Assembly (NCBI GenBank): GCA_963675995.2
Contig: CAXXIY010000001.1
Coordinates: 2,106,690-2,170,689 of the forward strand
Length of the DNA stretch: 64,000 nt
Direction of reading: 5' to 3'
Origin: Prolixibacteraceae bacterium
GTDB lineage: Bacteria > Bacteroidota > Bacteroidia > Bacteroidales > Prolixibacteraceae
Under the pieces are notes generated by a model. It was given only the letters and a program-made list of their open reading frames with translations, searched no databases and was not told where the DNA came from. Below are positions 42,342-50,239 of this stretch, piece by piece (the stretch's first letter is position 1; the number at the start of each line of letters is the position of its first letter). Made by a program: the position numbers and the translations under genes.

Positions 42342-42542
42342 ATGCAACACTCTTCTAACGATCCGAGAGTGATCACCGCAAAGTTTGCTTCCAAGTGCTC
42401 AAAGTGCAGTAAACCATTAAAAAAGGGTGACTTGGTTTACTACTGGCCCTTATCCAGAGAGGCATTATGTTCCGGTTGTGGTGAAGAACCGTATGGACAG
42501 TTTCTATTGTCTGTTCAGGACGAAGAGACCTATTCCGGTTGA
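42342..42542 (+). CDS. Small zinc-ribbon protein (66 aa)
   Basis: Two CxxC pairs (CSKCSK ... CSGC). Confidence 0.45.
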   Translation: MQHSSNDPRVITAKFASKCSKCSKPLKKGDLVYYWPLSREALCSGCGEEPYGQFLLSVQDEETYSG

Positions 42543-42710
42543 CAATATTCATCCGGTTATTGAAATAAGGAGGGAAGGGTGTGACCTTTTCCTTTTTTTG
42601 TAAATGTTCGACCAATCTTCACTACTCCCGAGAAATTTATTTTATTCTGATATCCCCTACATATTTCATATATCAATCGCATTTTACTTTAAATCTTAAA
42701 TTTTATCACA

Positions 42711-43019
42711 ATGAAAACTTTTGTTAAGAATTACATTGGAAAAGGAAAACAGGTCGCCGAATTACAAATCGTTAAGGTTACCTGTAAATTAGCTGATCTT
42801 GCTAAGTTTGCCTATGAGTATGATGGCATTCAGTATGTAACGTTTGAAGTCGCAAAGATGAAGTCAAAGGACAGTTTCGGCCGTGATCATACTTGTTACG
42901 TGTCCCATCGTGAAGAGACCGAAGGATCAGCAGTTAAAAACCAAGAAACAGAAAAAATTCCGACTCCAGTTGAAACTCCGAAACCAGAAGAAGTTCCTGC
43001 AGAGGAAATCCCATTCTGA
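42711..43019 (+). CDS. Small protein with SSB-like acidic C-terminal tip (..PAEEIPF)
   Basis: A ~70-aa N-terminal globular part, a P/E-rich linker and a terminal EEIPF resembling the DDDIPF tip of bacterial SSB. Confidence 0.4.
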   Translation: MKTFVKNYIGKGKQVAELQIVKVTCKLADLAKFAYEYDGIQYVTFEVAKMKSKDSFGRDHTCYVSHREETEGSAVKNQETEKIPTPVETPKPEEVPAEEIPF

Positions 43020-43195
43020 CTGAAAAAGAGCCTTGTATATCAAGGTTCTTTTTGTTTTTAGCTACGTATTAACTACTCGAATCATTCTGACAATTAATTT
43101 ATTCGCTTGTAGAGAAACAAATTATATTCTACCAAGCGCTCAGAAATTTAATTTTTTCTGTATCCAGAGTACAATAGCTGGATAGTATCGATACT

Positions 43196-43582
43196 ATGAA
43201 TAAAAGTAATGTTTTAGAAAAGCCAGCTCCAATTGCCGTTGAAGAAGTTAAAGTCGATGAAGTAGCTCAGACGCCTGTAATGACCGTGGTAAAGAGCGAA
43301 CCCGTAGAAGAGTCCCGGAAACTTACGCTGGATGAGAGAATCCAAAAAGTAGAAGACCTCACACTGATGATCGAACGTTGGAGGCTGTTGTCTGAATCCA
43401 GACGGAAGCTGCAGACGTTTCAAATCGGTGCTGACTCCCTTAGTTCTGTGATTCTGCTTCGGGATGCAGCGGGGAATGAGTTTAAGACTTCTAATTCAAG
43501 TGTAATCACATCCGTGCTTGAAGAGATGAAGAAGACCCTGGATCAGAAGGTTCGGGAAGTGGAACAGCAGATTGAATTGTAG
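43196..43582 (+). CDS. Hypothetical coiled-coil protein (128 aa)
   Basis: Co-directional ORF followed by a terminator. E/K/L-rich heptad-like sequence. Confidence 0.4.
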   Translation: MNKSNVLEKPAPIAVEEVKVDEVAQTPVMTVVKSEPVEESRKLTLDERIQKVEDLTLMIERWRLLSESRRKLQTFQIGADSLSSVILLRDAAGNEFKTSNSSVITSVLEEMKKTLDQKVREVEQQIEL

Positions 43583-43586
43583 AGAG

Positions 43587-43611
43587 GAAGGCTACGGCCT
43601 TCTTTTCTTTT
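43587..43611 (+). terminator. Rho-independent terminator
   Basis: GAAGGC-TACG-GCCTTC hairpin followed by TTTTCTTTT, directly after the stop at 43582. Confidence 0.65.
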
Positions 43612-43632
43612 AATCCTGGATATTGTGATTTT

Positions 43633-43913
43633 TATTTTTGGTCATAAACCATTTAAAACGTATGTACGAAAATCAGTAAGTGCCAAAACGTACATACAGA
43701 TATGCATCACGAAGTAGTTTTAATGCTATCCTTTCTGAACCCCCTTCATTCGGAAAACAGTTAAAAGGAATTTCTATTTTGGTCATATAATATTTAAAAC
43801 GTATGTACGAAAATCAGTAAGTGCATAAACGTGCATACAGATAAGCATCACGAGGTAGTTTTGATGGTATACTTTCTCCCCCCCTCATTCTGAAATCAAT
43901 TAAAAGGATTTAC
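43633..43913 (+). repeat. Two tandem ~141-bp repeat units, each with an internal GTATGTACG/CGTACATAC hairpin
   Basis: Unit 1 spans 43633-43773 and unit 2 spans 43774-43913, roughly 85% identical by eye. Each contains TTTGGTCATA..ATTTAAAACGTATGTACGAAAATCAGTAAGTGC..AACGT(A/G)CATACAGAT. Confidence 0.8.
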
Positions 43914-44391
43914 TTCAAGTACTGACGGAAGCAGAAGAGCAAGATTAAGCGCCATCAATCAGGTTCTTTCATTACTATTATTTCCACAGGAAAAAAGATG
44001 GGTCCCCTTTACCCCCGGGGGTACCCGCTGACCAGCATGCCTGGTTACAGGAAAGCCGTACTCGGTTCTCTTCCTCGTAAAGGTCTTATTTTTACTTCTA
44101 CTTATTGAATATGATTTAATGGGTTCGTAATGCCGTAATTGATAAATGGACAAGGTCTTAAAATAGGGAGGGTTTCACTTGACAGTTCTTCTGCTCAGCC
44201 GAAAGTAGAATGCACATTATTTCTCCGTATTTAAAATAATTTATTTTTTTGGGGGGGGCTGTTTTTTTTCGATGCCCGGGGGACTTTTACGAACCCTCCG
44301 GAATATTTTTGTTTTCCTTCATGGAGACCAAAGAGAATATTATTGTTTTCCGTAATATAAAATATATAGATAGCTATCTTCTATTGCCTTA

Positions 44392-44520
44392 TGAACACCA
44401 GTTTTTAAGGTATCGAAAGCGTACTCCATTGTTGGCACATTTATGAATTACCCCAACAATTGTATGGTGGCTTCCCTTACCTTTACGCCATGCTAAATAT
44501 ATTATTCCGATCGCTTTAAC
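44392..44520 (-). pseudogene. Degenerate remnant of the 5' end of a HipS-like/HIRAN gene (paralogue of 48520-49173)
   Basis: ~129 nt aligning to 49046-49173 at roughly 90% identity by eye. It translates to VKAIGIIYLAWRKGKGSHHTIVGVIHKCANNGVRFRYLK, then a 1-nt insertion causes a frameshift and stop. Confidence 0.7.
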
Positions 44521-45008
44521 TCTACCGGAGTTTTCATTTTCATTAGGATATGTTGTAAAATTAGCCATCCTTTATTTGAATAGGAAGCATAAACCCGTAG
44601 ATTTTGCATATTTATAGAAAACCTATGGTGAAATTCCGGCTGCGATTCCTGCCGGGGTTGAATATCGTGTTGCAATATCTTTTCTATAAACATGTGATGC
44701 CTCAGGCATCTGTAACGAATATTATTCCGGTTCGGTGGCCATGGTTATTTGTCTGTGGCTGGTTTACATCACTATTCTGCCCCTTGTTTCGTCGACGCAT
44801 GCTCCACAACCGCCTTTATAGCAGGTTTTGAGTGGTTTGCGTCTGGTCGATGTAATCTTTCGGGGTATCTCAAATCGGAAACAATTCACGAAGTGTAGTC
44901 CGGAAAGAAGAATACTCAATTTTACACTATCCCTATTTTTTAATTCAGCGAGGTTGACAATTAAGAATTATTTTGTATGTTTGTCAACAAAAAAAACTTA
45001 CTGAAAGG

Positions 45009-46082
45009 ATGGAAAATAATTTTGCCAACAGACTAATTTCAGCTCGTAAAATGGCTGGAATTTCGCTACAAAGTTTAGCCGACAAGCTTAGTAATGTTGT
45101 ATCAAAGCAGTCGCTGAACAAATATGAGCAAGGTAAGATGAGACCCAATAGTGAAGTGGTAATTGCCATTTCCAATATTCTGAATGTGCCGATAAATTAT
45201 TTTTATTCGGAACCAGCAGTTGAGATTAACTTTTTGAATTTGGGATTTAGAAAATATTCTTCAAAGCTTTCACCAACCGAAGAGGAATCAGTAAAGGAAA
45301 AGGCAAAGGAGGCATTCGAAAGGTATTTCGAATTGGATAACGTTCTGAATGTTCAAGATGACAATCAGTATTTTATTTATCCCACCGTTATTAAAACCCC
45401 CGAGGACGCAGAAAATGCGGCTGTTCAACTTCGTAAAGAATGGGATTTGGGTTATGATCCTATTCCTGATGTTGTTGAGATGCTTGAAGATAAGGGCTAT
45501 AAGGTCATTGAAATTGATGCACCAAATTCTTTTGATGGCTTTAAAGCTGATGTCAGTGATAAGAAAGTAATTGTGCTGCGTAAAACCAATCCTGACGATG
45601 ATATTGTGCGGAAAAGATTTACCGCTTTACATGAATTAGCTCATCACGCCTTGACTTTCCCTGAAGATATAAGTGAAAAAGATGAAGAAAAGCTTTGTCA
45701 CGCTTTTGCAAGTGCGTTGTTGTATCCTGCTGAAATGGCAAGAAAAGAGATGCAAAAAGCAAGGTTCCATTTTTATCAATACGAACTTCAGCTTATTAAA
45801 GAAAGATGGGGCATTTCCTTCTCTGCAACGTTTAGTCGCGCCTTGCAATTAGGAATTATTGATAGCAACGTTTACAAAAAATTCAATATTGGTTATCGGG
45901 CAAGGAAATATCATGTGCCAAACAATGAACCCGGACGTTTCCGTGGAAAAGAAAGACCTGTGCGAATGGAGCGCTTGGTTTATGTAGGGTTAGCAAAAGA
46001 AGTTCTGACAATCAATGAAGCTGCCTATTTTGCCGGCATCTCTTCATGGACACTCAGGTCACAAATGAATCAGCTGGTATGA
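45009..46082 (+). CDS. XRE-family HTH fused to ImmA/IrrE-type zinc metallopeptidase
   Basis: N-terminal HTH (LISARKMAGISLQSLADKLSNVVSKQSLNKYEQGKMRP) and the HEXXH motif HELAHHAL. The start is taken at ATG 45009. Confidence 0.8.
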   Translation: MENNFANRLISARKMAGISLQSLADKLSNVVSKQSLNKYEQGKMRPNSEVVIAISNILNVPINYFYSEPAVEINFLNLGFRKYSSKLSPTEEESVKEKAKEAFERYFELDNVLNVQDDNQYFIYPTVIKTPEDAENAAVQLRKEWDLGYDPIPDVVEMLEDKGYKVIEIDAPNSFDGFKADVSDKKVIVLRKTNPDDDIVRKRFTALHELAHHALTFPEDISEKDEEKLCHAFASALLYPAEMARKEMQKARFHFYQYELQLIKERWGISFSATFSRALQLGIIDSNVYKKFNIGYRARKYHVPNNEPGRFRGKERPVRMERLVYVGLAKEVLTINEAAYFAGISSWTLRSQMNQLV

Positions 46083-46576
46083 AGATCGTTATAACAGATG
46101 TCAGTGTGTTCTTCGACTTGTTTCATTTACAGGTGCTTCCAGAGTTTTTTGCTTTGGAACTTGAAATCCACACTACGGACTTTGTTTATAACGAAATAGT
46201 GCACTCAGAGCAGAAAAGTGAGTTCGCGATATTTGAGCAAAGTAAGAAGCTTCATATTATTAAAATAACTCCTGAAGAAGAGGATGATATTCGTGCAATG
46301 AAGCTTTCTCGCTTAAATAAATCTTTTCCTGACCGGACAGTCCTTTGGAAGGCCAAGCAATTTAATTGTGCTTTACTAACCTGTGATAGGACACTTCGGA
46401 AAGAAGCAGAAGGTCAAGGATTAGAGGTGCGTGGCAGTATTTGGGTGATTAGTGAACTGATTTCTAACGGAATTATATCAAAAGGAAAGGGAATTGACTT
46501 GCTGAAGCAAATGAAATTGATAAACCCACGGCTGCCGTTGGATGAAATAGATAAGTTGATTAAAAGGCATAAATAA
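46079..46576 (+). CDS. PIN-like nuclease-domain protein (DUF4411-like partner of ImmA)
   Basis: The ATG at 46079 overlaps the ImmA stop (ATGA). The N-terminus MKIVITDVSVFFDL has a PIN-type acidic start, with a later LLTCD acidic motif. ImmA+PIN-like pairing is a recurrent two-gene arrangement. Confidence 0.5.
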   Translation: MKIVITDVSVFFDLFHLQVLPEFFALELEIHTTDFVYNEIVHSEQKSEFAIFEQSKKLHIIKITPEEEDDIRAMKLSRLNKSFPDRTVLWKAKQFNCALLTCDRTLRKEAEGQGLEVRGSIWVISELISNGIISKGKGIDLLKQMKLINPRLPLDEIDKLIKRHK

Positions 46577-46749
46577 AAAAACCGAAGCTAATGGAATAAA
46601 GCTTCGGATAGTTGAAAATCATTTTTCCTGGTAAGATCATGTTTTCGACCATAAAAGTAGAATTAATTATATTACTACCAAATTTATTCCTTGGGCAAAA
46701 CGCAAACGCCTTAGTATGAAATAGTTTGTGAGCCATAAACATTTAACAA

Positions 46750-46923
46750 ATGGCAAAGAATGGAACTCCCGGAGACGGACACCGCAACGGTGCCGTAAGG
46801 GAACGTTCGCAGGTTTTTAATCCAAAGACCGAACAGTGGGTAAAAAGAGATACCAACACTGGAAGGTTTATTGATGTAAACCAGAACGGACAGCCACACA
46901 AAGGCGTGCGCAAGGAAAAGTAG
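46750..46923 (+). CDS. Small conserved-looking protein (57 aa), absent from the ORF track
   Basis: ATG 46750 to TAG 46921-46923 gives MAKNGTPGDGHRNGAVRERSQVFNPKTEQWVKRDTNTGRFIDVNQNGQPHKGVRKEK. It resembles a widespread family of small basic proteins (recollection). A 9-bp-stem hairpin lies at 47050-47079. Confidence 0.5.
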   Translation: MAKNGTPGDGHRNGAVRERSQVFNPKTEQWVKRDTNTGRFIDVNQNGQPHKGVRKEK

Positions 46924-47129
46924 CAGAATCCTTAAATCTGTTAGCCTGAACCTCCCGGGCAAGAGTGGAGGAAGTTAAGAATCTTTAATATAATTGTACG
47001 GCAAATCCTGTTAATTACATTCTTCGGAGAAGCTGTCAATTGAAAATAAAATCAGCCCTGCTGTTTGGTGGGGCTGATTATTTAATAGCTTTTCGATGTA
47101 AAAGCAACTTTGGCGACTTAAACTTAAAC

Positions 47130-48473
47130 TGTAGAAGTTTAGACTTCGTCTGACAGTAGGGATATTTTTGAGTTAATAATTCAATGCGTTTTTTAAGGCA
47201 TCTTCTCCCGGAATGATATGCTGGATTTGGGGGCCATTAATGCCCCCGTGACCATTCCAGTCGGACAGGATATTCCTATCAGGTTGGTCGCCACCAGAGC
47301 CTGGTTCCGCTTCTCCTGTCAGGTATAAAGATACATCTTTTTGAAATTGAGTATCCAGCATTTTACTTTTTGTCAGGTGAAGTGTCTCATTCCATGTTTG
47401 CCACGGTGTTTTACCAAAACAGTACTTCCCGGAATGAGGACGTTCTTTGTTATAATGATCAAGCCAAAGATCCACATCTATCTGTAGATCAACTATGGAG
47501 CTGTAAATTTTTTTCCGAAAAGCTACCGCATAAAACTCTTCTTGCATCGTTTTGTGGAATCGTTCACAAATTCCATTTGTCTGCGGATGCCTTGCTTTGG
47601 TTCGTGTATGATCGATGTCTTCTATTGCCAGGTATAATTGGTATTCATGATGTTCACGTGCTCCGCAATATTCGGTTCCCCGATCAGTTAAGATCCTTAG
47701 CAGTGGAATTTTACTTTCTTCATACATTGGCAATACCCTGTCATTAAGCATATCTGCGGCAACAAGGGCATTTTTACGATCGTACAATTTAGCCTGGGCA
47801 ACTTTAGTGTAAGTATCAATAAATGTTTGCTGATATATCCGACCAACACCTTTTATAGTGCCCACATAGTAAGTGTCTTGTGCACCGAGGTATCCTGGAT
47901 GTTGCGTTTCTATCTCACCTTGTGCAAACTTTTCTTCCTTGGCTTTTTCAAGGGCTACAACCTGAGCTTCAGTCAAGACCAATCCATCCTGAGCAGCCCG
48001 TTTTTCAAGCAATTTAAGCCTTTTCTGGAAAGTTTCTACACCATTACGGAGCCAAACACAACGCACTCCTGCAGGGGAAATAAAAACACCTTTCTTCTTC
48101 AATTCGTTCGAGGCACGTTGTTGTCCATAAGCCGGAAAATCAAAGGCAATCTGTTTAACCTGATCTTCAATGGCCTCTTCAATGCGGTTTTTAAGTACTG
48201 GTTTCCTGCGTGAAACCTCATGAAGTGCTAATTCTCCTCCTTTTTCATACAGCTCTCTAAAACGGTAAAAGCTATCACGACTGTAACCGAAGATTTTACA
48301 GGCTTGTGAAACGTTACCTAATTGCTCTGACAAATTGAGCAATCCTAACTTGGTTTTGATTAATTTTACTTCTGTATTCATTTCTGACAGTTTTAGTGGA
48401 TTAAACTTCTTTTTGAATGCAATTACAAAGTTAGTTTAATCCCTGACTGTCAGATTAAGTCGCAACTATTACA
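47130..48473 (-). mobile_element. IS481-family insertion sequence, copy 1 (1344 bp)
   Basis: Imperfect ~32-bp terminal inverted repeats (TGTAGAAGTTTAGACTTCGTCTGACAGTAGGG vs the reverse complement TGTAATAGTTGCGACTTAATCTGACAGTCAGGG). Identical to copy 2 except 47542 T vs 57567 C. No flanking direct repeat is visible. Confidence 0.85.
47173..48381 (-). CDS. IS481-family DDE transposase
   Basis: N-terminal HTH (VSQACKIFGYSRDSFYRFRELYEKGG) and an rve-type integrase core (..LTDRGTEYCG..., ERFHKTMQEEF). Confidence 0.85.
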   Translation of the reverse strand: MNTEVKLIKTKLGLLNLSEQLGNVSQACKIFGYSRDSFYRFRELYEKGGELALHEVSRRKPVLKNRIEEAIEDQVKQIAFDFPAYGQQRASNELKKKGVFISPAGVRCVWLRNGVETFQKRLKLLEKRAAQDGLVLTEAQVVALEKAKEEKFAQGEIETQHPGYLGAQDTYYVGTIKGVGRIYQQTFIDTYTKVAQAKLYDRKNALVAADMLNDRVLPMYEESKIPLLRILTDRGTEYCGAREHHEYQLYLAIEDIDHTRTKARHPQTNGICERFHKTMQEEFYAVAFRKKIYSSIVDLQIDVDLWLDHYNKERPHSGKYCFGKTPWQTWNETLHLTKSKMLDTQFQKDVSLYLTGEAEPGSGGDQPDRNILSDWNGHGGINGPQIQHIIPGEDALKNALNY

Positions 48474-48519
48474 AATGATGACATCCAAAAATTGATGCAA
48501 AAATTAAGCTGGCCAGACC

Positions 48520-49173
48520 TTAATAAGATATTTCAATAAATACCCTATTGATCGTGCCGTTTTGGTCGATACTTTTTACTTTGATTTGAAGTGGGAACTT
48601 GGTTTTATGAAATACTATTGAATGAACTATCTTCACGTAGCCTATAACTTGTTCTCCCTTTTTTACCTTAACGGCAAATTTATCGTATTGATTTCCACTC
48701 TCAAGCAGATAGTTCAATTTCTCGCCAACAGATAGTGTGCCTGGCTGTAATTTTCGATGTGAAAGGCCGCAAATCTCACTTACAAATTTTAAATCTTTAA
48801 TTGGATGGAAATCGGCTAAAAATTCAAAATTGTCGTTAGACAGCATTCCCTGAGTATAAGCCAAAAGGTAAAACTTATCTTCCTTATGTTTCGAATCAAT
48901 GTCCCAAAAGTCAAGATAACGCTGAATGTCTGATCGTTCAGTTTTTATAAGGCGTTGTCCAAAAATCTCAAGTACATTATCAGTATAAGTTCTTTCAATT
49001 TCCGGAAAATCAACATACGGAGAAAATCCGTCTTCCATCGCTTTGTGAACGCCAGTTTTAAGGTATTGAAAGCGTACTCCATTGGTGGCACTTTTGTGAA
49101 TTGCCCCAACAATTGTACGGCGGCTTCCCTTACCCTTGCGCCATGCTAAATATATTTTCCCGATCGCTTTCAC
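48520..49173 (-). CDS. HipS-like N-terminal domain fused to C-terminal HIRAN domain (putative antitoxin/sensor partner of the kinase)
   Basis: GTG start overlapping the kinase stop (GTGA). The C-terminal LNYLLESGNQYDKFAVKVKKGEQVIGYVK fits the HIRAN consensus (EP.N.yD.nAi.V....g..iGYv). The N-terminal ~130 aa resembles the HipA N-subdomain/HipS. Confidence 0.6.
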   Translation of the reverse strand: MKAIGKIYLAWRKGKGSRRTIVGAIHKSATNGVRFQYLKTGVHKAMEDGFSPYVDFPEIERTYTDNVLEIFGQRLIKTERSDIQRYLDFWDIDSKHKEDKFYLLAYTQGMLSNDNFEFLADFHPIKDLKFVSEICGLSHRKLQPGTLSVGEKLNYLLESGNQYDKFAVKVKKGEQVIGYVKIVHSIVFHKTKFPLQIKVKSIDQNGTINRVFIEISY

Positions 49174-50201
49174 CCAATCAAAGTTATCAATTTTTGAGCC
49201 CGCAAAACTATCAATTTTAAAATAAAATCCTTCCTCTCCTGCGGTAATTTGTGTTTTTCAAGTGCATAAGGTAATTCTAAATCAATATTGTCGATGCAAT
49301 TCTTAATTTTTACTTCATTAAACTTTACTTTTACCCTACCAATAATGCGTTTAACAACTTCAGGATATAAGTTGTTTACATTTTTTATGAGTTCAAAATG
49401 ACTAATTTTCTTTCCTTCCCAATGGATCTCCGATAATCCTCTATTAATCGCGTAAGCATTCATCATTAATTCATCGACAATCATTTTATTCATTTTTACA
49501 TCATCAATTTCGCGTCCCAAACAACTTCCGCTATCATAGATTTGAGAAAACCGACCGGGCATTTTAAGACTAATTTCCTTGATCATCTGGGATGTTATTT
49601 CTGGTTTAATTTTAGAGGTAATCCCCATTATTGAAAATAAAGTTTTAATCTTGCCCTTAGATGCAGCTTGTTCCAGAATTTTAATAACCTCGTTGTATTC
49701 GGTAATAATTCCCCAATTTTCCTGATGCCTGTCGCTATTCCCGATTAGGCTGTCAAGAATAATAATCTCAATGATTTTTTCGACATAATGATCAAGGTGA
49801 TAGAATTTTAATGCGTCACTGATAAGTTGAAAAGTGTATTGCTTTTTTGACTCTTTGTCTTCAGGATCGTATGTTGTATCAAATCCTGTCAGATATTTAA
49901 TTCCTTCGTTGAGCGTGTCTTTGCCCATTGTGACCATCGATTTTGAAAGGCACCCAATCTGCCCATTATTAAAGGCAATGTCGTAGGTAAGCATGTTAAA
50001 TCCAAAAAGCTTACCAATTTCGCTAGCAATAATCTCTGACCAAAATTCGTGCTTATAATCCTTTTTCTCCCTTTTCAAAGATGTTTTAAAGTAATAAGCT
50101 GAATGATCTGCTGGGTTCTCAACAATCACTTTATCTCGGGTTCCACCTGTTTGAAACCACGTCCGTTCATTCCATCCCGATATGTCGTGAAACTTTGCCA
50201 T
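49170..50201 (-). CDS. HipA-like Ser/Thr kinase (short form lacking the HipA N-terminal subdomain)
   Basis: Catalytic-loop motif LIGNSDRHQENWG (HipA-type D-x-H-x-x-N) and a downstream IYDSGS Mg-binding-like motif. At 343 aa it is about 100 aa shorter than E. coli HipA. Confidence 0.75.
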   Translation of the reverse strand: MAKFHDISGWNERTWFQTGGTRDKVIVENPADHSAYYFKTSLKREKKDYKHEFWSEIIASEIGKLFGFNMLTYDIAFNNGQIGCLSKSMVTMGKDTLNEGIKYLTGFDTTYDPEDKESKKQYTFQLISDALKFYHLDHYVEKIIEIIILDSLIGNSDRHQENWGIITEYNEVIKILEQAASKGKIKTLFSIMGITSKIKPEITSQMIKEISLKMPGRFSQIYDSGSCLGREIDDVKMNKMIVDELMMNAYAINRGLSEIHWEGKKISHFELIKNVNNLYPEVVKRIIGRVKVKFNEVKIKNCIDNIDLELPYALEKHKLPQERKDFILKLIVLRAQKLITLIG

Positions 50202-50239
50202 AAGCTCATTCTTTATTCCGGTTCTGCGGCCAAATTCAT

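Noticed and set aside
43633-43913. Whether the tandem repeats could be a CRISPR array.
   Set aside because: There are only two units of about 141 bp, directly abutting with no unique spacers, and no cas genes in the window.
43959-44831. ORFs 43959-44153 (-), 44249-44446 (+), 44502-44693 (-) and 44604-44831 (+).
   Set aside because: They are short, overlap homopolymer and palindrome sequence or the HipS-HIRAN stump, and have implausible translations. Treated as non-coding debris.
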